This document shows positions 37,641 to 47,116 of a DNA stretch of 64,000 bases, one piece after another. The position numbers and the translations under genes are program-made. A model generated the notes under the pieces. It worked only from the letters and a program-made list of their open reading frames with translations. It was not told the origin of the DNA and made no database searches. The stretch's first letter is position 1; every line of letters begins with the position of its first letter. The stretch lies in NCBI GenBank assembly GCA_031370565.1, contig JANMQO010000163.1, positions 7,576-71,575 of the forward strand. The letters are read 5' to 3'. This DNA is from Chloroflexota bacterium (lineage in GTDB: Bacteria; Chloroflexota; Limnocylindria; Limnocylindrales; CSP1-4).

Positions 37641-38798
37641 TCAGTTCCCGCCGGCCGTGACCGTGACGGAGCCCTTGGTGAAGCCAGCGCCCTTGACGTC
37701 CATGTCGCTCAGGGTAGCCAGCGCCTTCTGTGCGAGATCCGTCCGGACGGCGGCCGGATCCGGGTCCTTGGTGATGACCTTGCCGGCCTTGGCGATGGCC
37801 ACGGTCTGCGTGTAGAAGCCGGCCGGCAGGATGCCGATCCCGTCCGGCGCCGGCCAGATGAGCGGGTTGACCTCGTTCATCTGCCAGGCCTGATGGCCCT
37901 TGCCCAGCGTGCTGCCGGACTTGAGCACAATGTCGACGCAGTCGGCGGCATTGTCGCGGCAGTGGATCCAGCCCTTGAAGGTGGCCGCCAGGAAGCGGAC
38001 CGCGATGTCCTCGTTGCCCGGCTTGGCCAGCCAGCTGGCTCGGGCGAAGATCGCGTCCTGAAGCATCGCCGTCCCGACCTGGTTGTAGTCGATGACGTTG
38101 AGATCCTCGGGCTGGTACAGCTTGCCGGTGGCCGGGTTGGTCGCCTCGAGCACCTGTGCGTACTCGTTGTAGATCATCGCCTCAGCCACATCGATCTGCT
38201 TGTTGAGCAGGAGCGACATGTCAAAGGGCTGGATGACCTTCTCGTAGCCCTTGCCCGCCTCGAGCCCAGCCTTGTTGGCCCCAGCGGTCACCTCGAACTC
38301 GTTGCCGAAGTCCCAGACGCCCACCTTCTTGCCCTTGAAGTTGGCGGGGCTGGTGATGCCGTTGTCTTTCCAGGATACTGAGCGCGTGCCCGAACGCTGG
38401 TAGATCTGGGCGATGTCCACGAGGTCCGAGCCGGCCTCGCGGGCCTGCAGCACCTTGGGCACCCAGGCGAGCGTGAACTCAGGGCCGTCGGGCGCCGAGC
38501 CGACCTGCTGCGGTACGACATCGGGACCGCCCGGCAGGATGGTGACGTCGAGCCCGGCGTCCTTGTAGTAGCCCAGCGCAGCCGCAGCGAGCTCGCCGGC
38601 GAACTGCGCCTGCGGGACCCATTGGAGCTGGACGCGGATCTTGACCATGGCCGGTGCCGCGCTGGCCGGTGCCTGTGAGGTGGTCGCCTGGCTGGCCGGT
38701 GCCGCCGATGGCGCCGTACTGGCGGCTCCCGGCGAACACGCCGCGGCAAGGAACAGGGCGCCCGCACTCAGGGCGCTCAGTTTCCGAATGGACTGCAT
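37641..38798 (-). CDS. ABC transporter substrate-binding lipoprotein, NMT1/THI5-like (SsuA/TauA/ThiY family)
   Basis: Lipobox LAAAC. NMT1-like fold residues. Last gene of the AT-permease-ATPase-permease-SBP operon. Confidence 0.75.
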   Translation of the reverse strand: MQSIRKLSALSAGALFLAAACSPGAASTAPSAAPASQATTSQAPASAAPAMVKIRVQLQWVPQAQFAGELAAAALGYYKDAGLDVTILPGGPDVVPQQVGSAPDGPEFTLAWVPKVLQAREAGSDLVDIAQIYQRSGTRSVSWKDNGITSPANFKGKKVGVWDFGNEFEVTAGANKAGLEAGKGYEKVIQPFDMSLLLNKQIDVAEAMIYNEYAQVLEATNPATGKLYQPEDLNVIDYNQVGTAMLQDAIFARASWLAKPGNEDIAVRFLAATFKGWIHCRDNAADCVDIVLKSGSTLGKGHQAWQMNEVNPLIWPAPDGIGILPAGFYTQTVAIAKAGKVITKDPDPAAVRTDLAQKALATLSDMDVKGAGFTKGSVTVTAGGN

Positions 38799-38936
38799 CG
38801 ACTCCTCCTACCTTCTGGGCCCCTGGACGGGACCGACCTTGTTTGACTGCATCGGAGCACCCGATGCTACTCGACGGCGAGCCTCGTGACGACCCCCACC
38901 AGAACGAACCGGCCGAGCCGCCCGTCGGCCGCCCTG

Positions 38937-39803
38937 TCAGCCTCCCTCGCGGACTGAGCCGTGCCACGGGATGAGCAGGCGCTCGAGGCCGGCCACGACC
39001 AGGTAGAAGACGATCCCCATCGCGGCGCCCAGGACAATCGCGGCCCAGGTCACGTCGAACCGCAGCGCGCTCGCACTCTGGACGATCTGGCGGCCCAGGA
39101 CCAGGTCCACGCCACCGAAGTACTCGCCTACGATCGCCCCAATGAGGCTCAGCGTCGTAGCGATCTTGAGCGCGGTGAAGAAGAACGGCAGCGCATTGGG
39201 GATCCGGACCTTGCGCAGGATCGTCCACTCGCTGGCCGCGTAGGAGCGCATGAGCTCGACCGCCGAGGCGTCCACCTGGGACAACCCGCGGGTCACGTTG
39301 ATCATGACCGGGAAGAACACCAGGATTGCCACGATCATCATCTTGGACAGCGGGCTGAGCACGCCGAACCAGTTGTTCATGATCGGCGCAAAGGCGATGA
39401 TCGGGACGGCGTTGGCCGCCACCGCCCAGGGCAGCAGGGCGTCTCTGGCCGTCGCGAAACGCGAGGTCACGAAGGCCACGAGCGTCCCCGCCAAGGTCCC
39501 GATCGCCAGCCCGCCGACGGCCTCGACGAACGTCGTGCGCGCCGACGGCACGAGCGTCCCGGCACGCTCGATGAGCGCCGCGGCGATCGCCGACGGCTTG
39601 GGCAGGATGAACTTCTGCAGCCCGAGCGCGCTGACCGCAAACTCCCACAGGACGAGCCCGGCCACGAACACGACGATGGCCGGGGCGTAGTAGCGCAGGG
39701 TGTCCCAGGCGCGCGAGGCGGCGGAGCGGCGCGCGGGCGACCGCGGACCAGGCACCGACGAGCCAGGCGCCGGCCGGTCGGCAGCCCGCGGGTCGGCCAT
39801 CAA
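38937..39803 (-). CDS. ABC transporter permease (NitT/TauT family)
   Basis: Six-TM BPD_transp_1. It overlaps the ATPase stop. Confidence 0.75.
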   Translation of the reverse strand: MMADPRAADRPAPGSSVPGPRSPARRSAASRAWDTLRYYAPAIVVFVAGLVLWEFAVSALGLQKFILPKPSAIAAALIERAGTLVPSARTTFVEAVGGLAIGTLAGTLVAFVTSRFATARDALLPWAVAANAVPIIAFAPIMNNWFGVLSPLSKMMIVAILVFFPVMINVTRGLSQVDASAVELMRSYAASEWTILRKVRIPNALPFFFTALKIATTLSLIGAIVGEYFGGVDLVLGRQIVQSASALRFDVTWAAIVLGAAMGIVFYLVVAGLERLLIPWHGSVREGG

Positions 39804-40648
39804 CCCACTGCACCTTCCGCTGCGGTCCGCGCCGGCGAGCCCGGGCCACCGACCGTCGCGACCTGCGCCTGTGGTCCGTGCAGGGCTTCGCGCACCTGGG
39901 TCACCAGCCCGAAATAGCGCGGTTGCTCGCGCGTCTCGAAGCCACGTGGTCGAGGCAGGTCAGCCTCGATCACCTGGCTGATCCGGCCCGGTCGGGCGCT
40001 CATGACAACCACCCGTGACGACAGGAACACCGCTTCGGGGATGGAGTGGGTGACGAACACGATCGTGGTGCCGGTCCGCTCCCAGATCCGGAGCACCTCC
40101 GAGTTCATCCGTTCACGGGTCATCTCGTCGAGGGCGCCGAACGTTTCGTCCATGAGCTGGATCGACGGCTCGAAGGCGAGCGCCCGGGCGATCGCCACCC
40201 GCTGCTGCATGCCACCTGAGAGCTGGTACGGGTGGTGGCGCAGGAACCCCTGCAGCTCGACCAGCTCGAGCATCTCGCGGGCCCGGGCAATGCGTTCCGA
40301 CTTCGGCCGACCGAGGATCTCGAGCGGCAGCGCGACGTTTTCTTCGACCGTCCGCCAGTCGAACAGGACCGGCGCCTGGAAGACCATCCCGTAGTCCCGA
40401 TCGAGGCGCGCCCGGTGGGCCGTCTTGCCATTGACCGTGACCGTCCCGGCCGATGGCGTGGTGAGGTCGCCGATGAGCCGCAGCAGGGTTGACTTGCCAC
40501 AACCCGATGGGCCGATGAGCGACACGAATTCGCCTCGGCGGATCTCCAGGTCGATCCCCTGCAGCGCCTGGGTGCCAGCCTGGCCGGCGACCTCGAACGT
40601 CTTGTCGACGCCGGCGATCGTGACGACGGCGGGTGCGGACTCGGTCAT
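39800..40648 (-). CDS. ABC transporter ATP-binding protein (NitT/TauT family, SsuB/TauB-like)
   Basis: [37 protein letters not shown]. Confidence 0.8.
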   Translation of the reverse strand: MTESAPAVVTIAGVDKTFEVAGQAGTQALQGIDLEIRRGEFVSLIGPSGCGKSTLLRLIGDLTTPSAGTVTVNGKTAHRARLDRDYGMVFQAPVLFDWRTVEENVALPLEILGRPKSERIARAREMLELVELQGFLRHHPYQLSGGMQQRVAIARALAFEPSIQLMDETFGALDEMTRERMNSEVLRIWERTGTTIVFVTHSIPEAVFLSSRVVVMSARPGRISQVIEADLPRPRGFETREQPRYFGLVTQVREALHGPQAQVATVGGPGSPARTAAEGAVG

Positions 40649-40664
40649 GACTGGCTCGGACCTC

Positions 40665-41558
40665 TCAGACAGCCGGGGCTTGGCGACCGCGCAGGACGAG
40701 CGTCTCGACCAGACGGATCAGCAGGAAGAAGGCGATCCCGACCAGGGCGGACACGAAGATTGTCGCCCAGAGTTTGGCGGGAAATGTGATGTAGGCCTGG
40801 TTGAAGTTGATGATCGCGCGTCCCAGCCCGTCCGGGATGCCGCCCGGTCCTTCCCCGATGATCGCCCCGACGATGCTCGCCGTGGCCGAGATCTTGAGCG
40901 CGGTGAAGAGGTACGGCAGCGAGGCCGGCAGGCGCAGCTTGCGGTAGGTCGCCCAGCGCGAGCCCGCGTACGAGCGCATAAGCTCGAGCGCCCGCGGGTC
41001 GGGCGACCGCAGGCCCCGGATCCCGGCGATGGTCACTGGAAAGAAGGTCAGGTAGGTGGCGATGATGACGACCGAAACGACCGACTGGCCGAAGGCGAAG
41101 GCGATCATCGGGGCGAGCGCCACGATCGGGATCGTCTGGCTGGCGATGACGTAGGGCACGAACGCCCGCTCGAGCAGCCGGAAGTGGACGAACAGGCTGG
41201 CCAGACCCAGGCCCAGCGCGGCACCCAGGGCGAACCCGATAGCCGCCTCCCGCCAGGTGTAGAGCGCCGCGCCGACGAGGAACTGCCCCAGGCTGATCGG
41301 CGACTCGCGCTGGGCGGGCGCGCCGAACACCGAGACGATCGTCCAGACGTGCGGCAGGTTGAGGTCGCTCGCGAAAAAGATGCGCAGCGGCGGGTTCCAG
41401 AGAACCTGCTCGCCGCTGCGCCAGGGATCCCCACCGACGAACTTGACCCCCTCCCACAAGCCAAGGATGAGGACGAAGAAGCCCACGACGGTGAGCCCCT
41501 GGCGGACGAGCCCGGCCTGGCTGCCGGACTTGCCGAACCCGGCCCGTGGGCCTGCCAT
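40665..41558 (-). CDS. ABC transporter permease (second NitT/TauT-type membrane subunit)
   Basis: Six-TM permease. Its start abuts the aminotransferase stop (1-nt gap). Confidence 0.75.
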   Translation of the reverse strand: MAGPRAGFGKSGSQAGLVRQGLTVVGFFVLILGLWEGVKFVGGDPWRSGEQVLWNPPLRIFFASDLNLPHVWTIVSVFGAPAQRESPISLGQFLVGAALYTWREAAIGFALGAALGLGLASLFVHFRLLERAFVPYVIASQTIPIVALAPMIAFAFGQSVVSVVIIATYLTFFPVTIAGIRGLRSPDPRALELMRSYAGSRWATYRKLRLPASLPYLFTALKISATASIVGAIIGEGPGGIPDGLGRAIINFNQAYITFPAKLWATIFVSALVGIAFFLLIRLVETLVLRGRQAPAV

Positions 41559-42896
41559 CTAGCGGCGAACCGCCTCGTCCGCCAGCTCGAGGGCGGCGTC
41601 GATGATGGCGAAGCCCTCGTCGAGTTGCTGCTCGGTGATGCACAGCGGCGGATTGGTGTGGATCGAGTTGTTGGCGATCAGGGTGTACAGGCCGTGGTCG
41701 CGCAGGTACTTCCCGATGGCCTTCATCTCATCGCTCGTGCCGTTGAACGGCGTGAGCGGGTCGTACGGCTCGCGAGTGCGGACGAGGTCGATGATCCCGA
41801 ACAGGCCCAGGTTGCGATACGCCCCGACCGAGGGGTGGCGGGCATACAGCCGCTCGTGGTGGGCGCGCATGACCGGCCCGAGGCGAGCGGCGTTGTCGAT
41901 CAGGCCGTCCTCCTCGTAGACCCGGATCGTGGCGAGCGAGGCAGCCAGGCTGATCGGGTGGCTGCTGTAGGTCAGTCCGCCGTAGAACATCGTCGTGTCG
42001 AACTTCTCGGCGATCGCCCGACGCATCGCCACGGCGCCCAGCGGCAGGTACGAGCTGGTCAGGCCCTTGGCCATCGTCATCAGGTCCGGGACCACGCCGG
42101 CATGGTCCACCGCGAACCACTTGCCGGTCCGCCCGAAGCCGGCCATGACCTCGTCGGCGACCATCAGGATCTGGTGGCGATCGCAGATCTCGCGGACGCC
42201 CTGGAGGTAGCCATCGGGCGGGATGAGGATCCCGTTCGTGCCCACGATCGTCTCGAGGAAGACGGCGGCGATCGTATGGGCGCCCTCGTAGCGGATGACG
42301 TCCTCGAGGCCCTGCAGCGATTCGGCCACCGGGCGGGGCTCCTTCTCGCCCCAGCGGTGGGTGTCCGGATAGCGCACGACGCCCCAGATGCCGGGCTCGT
42401 TCGCCCAGCGGCGAGGATCGCCGGTCAGGGTCATGGCGCCCAGCGTGGCCCCGTGGTACGAGCGGTAGCGCGCCAGGATCTTGGTCCGGCCCGTGTAGTG
42501 GCGGGCCAGCTTGATCGCGTTCTCGATCGCCTCCGCGCCGCCGAGCGTGAAGAAGACCTTGTCCAGGTCGCCCGGCAGGATCTCGGCCAGCTTCGCCCCG
42601 AGCCGGGCCCTGGGTTCCGTGGCGAAGGCCGGCTGGACGAACTGCAGCTTCGTCGCCTGCTCGGTGATGGCGTCGATGACCCGCCGGTCCCCATGGCCGA
42701 TGTTGACCGACATGAGCTGGCTGTTGAAATCGATGATCCGGCGACCGTCGGGCGTATACAGGTAGATCCCCTCGGCCCGGTCGATGGCGATCGGGTCGAT
42801 GGCCCCCTGGACGGACCACGAGAAGAAGGTATGTTCGCGCGATAGCGCGACGATCTGCTCGCCGGTCAGTCGTTCAGGCAGGGTGGTGGTCGCCAT
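41559..42896 (-). CDS. class-III PLP aminotransferase (omega-transaminase; candidate beta-alanine/3-aminoisobutyrate--pyruvate transaminase by context)
   Basis: 445 aa, aspartate aminotransferase family. The substrate is assigned only by proximity to the pyrimidine-catabolism genes and mmsA. Confidence 0.75.
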   Translation of the reverse strand: MATTTLPERLTGEQIVALSREHTFFSWSVQGAIDPIAIDRAEGIYLYTPDGRRIIDFNSQLMSVNIGHGDRRVIDAITEQATKLQFVQPAFATEPRARLGAKLAEILPGDLDKVFFTLGGAEAIENAIKLARHYTGRTKILARYRSYHGATLGAMTLTGDPRRWANEPGIWGVVRYPDTHRWGEKEPRPVAESLQGLEDVIRYEGAHTIAAVFLETIVGTNGILIPPDGYLQGVREICDRHQILMVADEVMAGFGRTGKWFAVDHAGVVPDLMTMAKGLTSSYLPLGAVAMRRAIAEKFDTTMFYGGLTYSSHPISLAASLATIRVYEEDGLIDNAARLGPVMRAHHERLYARHPSVGAYRNLGLFGIIDLVRTREPYDPLTPFNGTSDEMKAIGKYLRDHGLYTLIANNSIHTNPPLCITEQQLDEGFAIIDAALELADEAVRR

Positions 42897-43218
42897 CGAA
42901 GCACCTCGAGTCCGTCGGTCCAGGCGGGCGGGGCCCTCGGTCTTCGGCCTCCGTCCGTATTCGGCCCCCGCGGTCTTCGGCCAGTGCGGCTGGCGCCCAC
43001 GGCGGGGGGTCGATGACGAGGAGCGCCTCAGTCGACTGCCGACCGCGACATCCCACCCTGCATCGGAGTGGTCATTAGATCACAATCGGGATGCGCCCGA
43101 CGTCTGGTCGGTGCGAGTCGGGGCGGGTCCGTGCGGTCCCCGGGGTCGTGGCGCCGCGCGCCCCCCAACGTGGGCTACCATGTCCGTACCTCGGATCGGC
43201 TGCACTGGCGAGGAACCC

Positions 43219-46155
43219 ATGCGCGCTCATCAGCCCCGGAGGGTCGCCGCCGCCCTCATCGCGAGCCTGTTCGCGGCCGGCCTCCTCGGCCCCGTCTCGA
43301 TCGCCCGTGCCACCATCAGCGTCCCGTTCGCCGCCGCCGGCACGGAACCGATCGGGCCGGGCACCGTCCACAGTTGGGGCCAACTCAGCACCGATTCGGC
43401 CGGCATCCAGGTGGTCAACCTAGTTGAGGCCAACCTGGCCGACCCGACCATCCATCTGGAGACGCTCCTCTCGAACGGGACGGCGACGGGCCTCGAGCCA
43501 ACCTCGGCCATGGCCACCAACGCCACGACCGAGGGCCACCGGGTGGTCGCCGCGGTCAACGGCGATTTCTGGAGCGGCCAGAGCGCTGGTGCCCTGGCCG
43601 CCCCGAACGGCCTGCAGGTGCACCTTGGCGAGCTGCTCGTGGCGCCGCGCGGTGGTCGCCCCGCGATCGGGGTCAGCGCCGGGGGCGTGGCCCAGATCGG
43701 AACGGTGACCGAGCGGCTCACGCTCGACACCGGCGCCGGCGTGCTCCTCTCGATCACGCGCATGAACCAGGCCCGCGGCGGCGCTGACCTTGTCCTGTAC
43801 ACCCCCCGGTTCGGCGTTGCCACGGCGACGACGGATGGCGGGACGGAGGTGGTCCTGACGGGCGTCGCCGGGCCGATCGGGCCGAACGGCTCCTACCCGG
43901 CCACGGTCCAATCGATCACGGTCGGGACCGGCAACGCAGCGCTCGCCCCGGGCACGGTCGTGCTGTCCGGAGCCGGTGCCGGCGCAACCGCACTGAGCGC
44001 CCTGATCCCGGGCCAGAGCGTGACCCTGACCACGGCGATCACGCCCGGCTGGGAGAGCGTGACGGAGGCGATCAGCGGGGGCCAGTGGCTGGTCCAGGCT
44101 GGCCAGGTCAACGTGTCACCGCCGTGGTACGCGGCGACCCAGCATCACGCTCGAACGGGCGTCGGGCTGACCGCCGATGGGCGCCTGCTGCTGGCCACCG
44201 TCGATCGCGGTCCCGGTGGCTACAGTGGCGGCGTCCGCCTCGACGAATTCGCCCAGCTGTTCCTCGGCCGGGGGGCGGTGACCGCCATCAACCTTGACGG
44301 TGGCGGCTCCACGACGATGGTCGCACGACGGCCCGGCGACGAACTCGCCTCGCTGGTCAACCGCCCGTCGGACGGCCAGGAGCGCTACGTTTCGAACGCG
44401 CTGGCGCTAGTCAGCACGGCGGCCACCGGACCACTGGCCGGGATCGGCATTCGACCGGCACCGAGCCGGCTCGTCCTGGGAACCTCCACGGCATTCACGG
44501 CTGTCGGCTGGGACGCGGCGATGAACGGGGTGGTGGTCGATCCAGGCAGCGTCGGCTGGTCGGCCAGCGCCGGCACGATCGACGCCAGCGGACACTTCCA
44601 GGCCAGCGCCCCTGGCCCGATCACCATCCAGGCGAGCGCTCAGGGCCAGGTCGGCCAGCTGTCCGCGGAGGTCGTGGCCGACACGATCCCGCCGGTCGCG
44701 GGTGCCCCATACCTGTCGTTCCTGCCGAACGCGCAGGCCGGCCAGCAGCGCATCTGGGTCCGGGTGGACTGGCCCGCCGCGACGGATATCGGCAGTGGGG
44801 TGGCAGCGTACGGGCTGTGGTTGAGCACGGACGACGGTCCCTACGTGGCAGTGCCGTTGTCCGCCCCGCTGGTCCGCTCGACCACCCTGCAGCTCGCCCC
44901 CGGACCGGCCTATCGATTCGCCGTGGACGCCACGGACGCCGCCGGCAATGTCGGGGCGAAGGTGGCCGGCAACCTCGTCCGGCAACTCGCGGTCCAGGAA
45001 ACAGGCGGTGCCATCACCTACAGCGGACCCTGGGTCCGGGGGGTGGGCACCGGCTACTACGGCGGGGGGATCCGGACCGCCTATTCGGCCCGGGCGAACG
45101 CTGCGTTCCGTTTCAGCGGCTCGGACGTCGCCTGGGTGTCTGCGCTCGGCCCGACCCGCGGCTCCGCGCAGGTGCTGCTCGACGGCAAGCTCGTGGCCAC
45201 CATCGACTTGTTCCGCCCGACCAACGTCGGTCGACGAGTCGTGTATCGCGCCGGCTGGCCGACCATCGGCAGCCATCGGCTGGAAGTCCGACCGCTGGCC
45301 ACGACGGGCCACCCAAGGGTCGATATCGACGCGTTCCTGATCGAAACCGACGCGGCCGCAGACCCGGTCCTCGTCGGGGCCGGCGACATTGCCGCCTGCG
45401 GGACGACCGGTGCCAGCTTCACAGCGGCGCTCATCAAGACGATCCCCGGCACGGTCTTCACGGCGGGCGACAACGCCTACCCGGTGGGCTCAGCGGCCGA
45501 CTTCGCCAACTGCTACGACCCGACCTGGGGCGCGTTCAAGGCGCGCACCCGACCGGCGCCCGGCAACCACGATTGGGTCACGCCAGGAGCAGCCGGCTAC
45601 TTCAGCGCGTTCGGGCCACGTGTCGGTTCGTCCAGCGCCAGCTGGTACGCCTACAACCTGGGCAGTTGGCGGATCTACGCGCTGGACAGCGACTGCGATC
45701 AGCAGGGCGGCTGCGGCAGCGGCTCGCCGATGGAGGCATGGCTGCGTCGAGACCTCGCGGCCAACCCACGCCAGTGCGTCCTGGCATATTGGCACCATCC
45801 CCGCTTCAGCTCCGGCATCCACGGCAACGCCACCAACATGCAGACGATCTGGGCGGACCTGCAGACGGCTGGCGCCGAGATCGTGATCAATGGTCACGAT
45901 CATGACTACGAGCGGTTCGCGCCACAGAATGCGACCGGCGGCCTGGACTTGGCCCATGGCATGCGCGAATTCGTGGTCGGCACCGGCGGCGCCGAGCTGC
46001 GCTCGTTTGCCACCGTCCAGCCGAATAGCCAGGTTCGCCGGGCCGGCGTCCTGGGCGTCCTCAAGCTGATCCTCCGGCCAGCCGGCTACGAATGGTCGTT
46101 CATTCCGGTGGCCGGTTCGTCCGGAGCCGACAACGGCTGGGGCTCCTGCCACTGA
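43219..46155 (+). CDS. secreted multidomain protein: signal peptide, phosphodiester glycosidase (NAGPA/DUF2233-like), Ig/FN3-like repeats, C-terminal calcineurin-like metallophosphoesterase
   Basis: Signal peptide MRAHQPRRVAAALIASLFAAGLLGPVSIARA. AINLDGGGSTTM is a phosphodiester-glycosidase motif. The C-terminal GDIAACG...GDNAY...GNHDW...WHHP...GHDHDYER are metallophosphatase motifs I to V. The 145-codon upstream part of the track ORF overlaps the AT gene and was rejected. Confidence 0.75.
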   Translation: MRAHQPRRVAAALIASLFAAGLLGPVSIARATISVPFAAAGTEPIGPGTVHSWGQLSTDSAGIQVVNLVEANLADPTIHLETLLSNGTATGLEPTSAMATNATTEGHRVVAAVNGDFWSGQSAGALAAPNGLQVHLGELLVAPRGGRPAIGVSAGGVAQIGTVTERLTLDTGAGVLLSITRMNQARGGADLVLYTPRFGVATATTDGGTEVVLTGVAGPIGPNGSYPATVQSITVGTGNAALAPGTVVLSGAGAGATALSALIPGQSVTLTTAITPGWESVTEAISGGQWLVQAGQVNVSPPWYAATQHHARTGVGLTADGRLLLATVDRGPGGYSGGVRLDEFAQLFLGRGAVTAINLDGGGSTTMVARRPGDELASLVNRPSDGQERYVSNALALVSTAATGPLAGIGIRPAPSRLVLGTSTAFTAVGWDAAMNGVVVDPGSVGWSASAGTIDASGHFQASAPGPITIQASAQGQVGQLSAEVVADTIPPVAGAPYLSFLPNAQAGQQRIWVRVDWPAATDIGSGVAAYGLWLSTDDGPYVAVPLSAPLVRSTTLQLAPGPAYRFAVDATDAAGNVGAKVAGNLVRQLAVQETGGAITYSGPWVRGVGTGYYGGGIRTAYSARANAAFRFSGSDVAWVSALGPTRGSAQVLLDGKLVATIDLFRPTNVGRRVVYRAGWPTIGSHRLEVRPLATTGHPRVDIDAFLIETDAAADPVLVGAGDIAACGTTGASFTAALIKTIPGTVFTAGDNAYPVGSAADFANCYDPTWGAFKARTRPAPGNHDWVTPGAAGYFSAFGPRVGSSSASWYAYNLGSWRIYALDSDCDQQGGCGSGSPMEAWLRRDLAANPRQCVLAYWHHPRFSSGIHGNATNMQTIWADLQTAGAEIVINGHDHDYERFAPQNATGGLDLAHGMREFVVGTGGAELRSFATVQPNSQVRRAGVLGVLKLILRPAGYEWSFIPVAGSSGADNGWGSCH

Positions 46156-46234
46156 GCCGCCGCGCTCCACCCGGCCAAGGGTGTACCCTCACCACTTCTT
46201 CCTGCCACCACACCCGCTTGACGTGAGGGTCGAG

Positions 46235-47086
46235 ATGCCGCGAATCGTCCGAGGAGCCCTGGTCCAGGCAACCTGGACCGGGGACAAGGAATCGATGATC
46301 CAGAAGCACGAGGCGCATGCCTACGAAGCGGCTCGGCAGGGCGCCCAGATCATGCTCTTCCAGGAACTGTTCTACGGACCCTACTTCTGCCAGGTCCAGG
46401 ACCCCCAGTACTACAGCTACACCGAGCTCATCCCGGACGGCCCGACCACCCGGCGGATGCAGGACCTGGCCAAGCAGACGGGGATGGTCCTGGTCGTCCC
46501 GATGTATGAAGAGGACGGCACCGCCAGCGGGATGTACTACAACACCGCCGCGGTCATCGACGCGGACGGCCGCTACCTGGGCAAGTACCGCAAGACCCAC
46601 ATCCCGCAGGTCAAGGGCTTCTACGAGAAGTTCTACTTTCGGCCCGGCAACCTGGGCTATCCGGTCTTCGAGACCGCCGTGGGCAAGGTCGGCGTGTACA
46701 TCTGCTATGACCGCCACTTCCCGGAGGGTGCCCGGGCGCTGGGTCTGAACGGCGCGGAGATGGTATTCATCCCGAGTGCCACCAGCCGTGGCCTGTCCGA
46801 GTATCTGTGGCGCATCGAGCAGGTCAGCCACGCGGTCGCCAACGGCTACTTCGTGGGGACGATCAACCGAGTTGGCATCGAGGCGGACTACGGCGACGAC
46901 GACTTCTACGGGCAGAGCTACTTCGTCAACCCACGCGGCCAGTTCATCGGTGAGGTCGGCAGCGCCCATGACGAGGAGCTCATGATCCGGGAGATGGACC
47001 TCGATATGGTCACCGAGGTGCGCCAGACCTGGCAGTTCTATCGCGATCGACGACCGGACGCCTACGCGGACCTGGTCCGACCGTAG
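46235..47086 (+). CDS. beta-ureidopropionase (nitrilase superfamily, eukaryote-like type)
   Basis: The E-K-C triad context is ...FQELFYGPYFC..., GKYRKTHIP, ICYDRHFPE. FIPSATSRGLSEYLWRIEQVSHAVANGYFVGTINRVGIE closely parallels human UPB1 ([41 protein letters not shown]). ATG 46235 has a GAGGG SD. Confidence 0.8.
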   Translation: MPRIVRGALVQATWTGDKESMIQKHEAHAYEAARQGAQIMLFQELFYGPYFCQVQDPQYYSYTELIPDGPTTRRMQDLAKQTGMVLVVPMYEEDGTASGMYYNTAAVIDADGRYLGKYRKTHIPQVKGFYEKFYFRPGNLGYPVFETAVGKVGVYICYDRHFPEGARALGLNGAEMVFIPSATSRGLSEYLWRIEQVSHAVANGYFVGTINRVGIEADYGDDDFYGQSYFVNPRGQFIGEVGSAHDEELMIREMDLDMVTEVRQTWQFYRDRRPDAYADLVRP

Positions 47087-47116
47087 GCGGCCCGCCAAGC
47101 GGAGGACCTCGCCTCG

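Noticed and set aside
40425-42845. Very long antisense ORFs (for example 806 aa at 40425-42845, 856 aa at 46100-48670, 610 aa at 31761-33593, 602 aa at 29905-31713, 647 aa at 25572-27515)
   Set aside because: They have Arg/Pro/Gly-dominated composition typical of out-of-frame high-GC DNA, and they lie opposite genes with strong motif-level identifications.
42784-43218. 145-codon N-terminal extension of the large secreted protein ORF
   Set aside because: It overlaps the aminotransferase gene on the opposite strand. The signal peptide begins at Met 43219.
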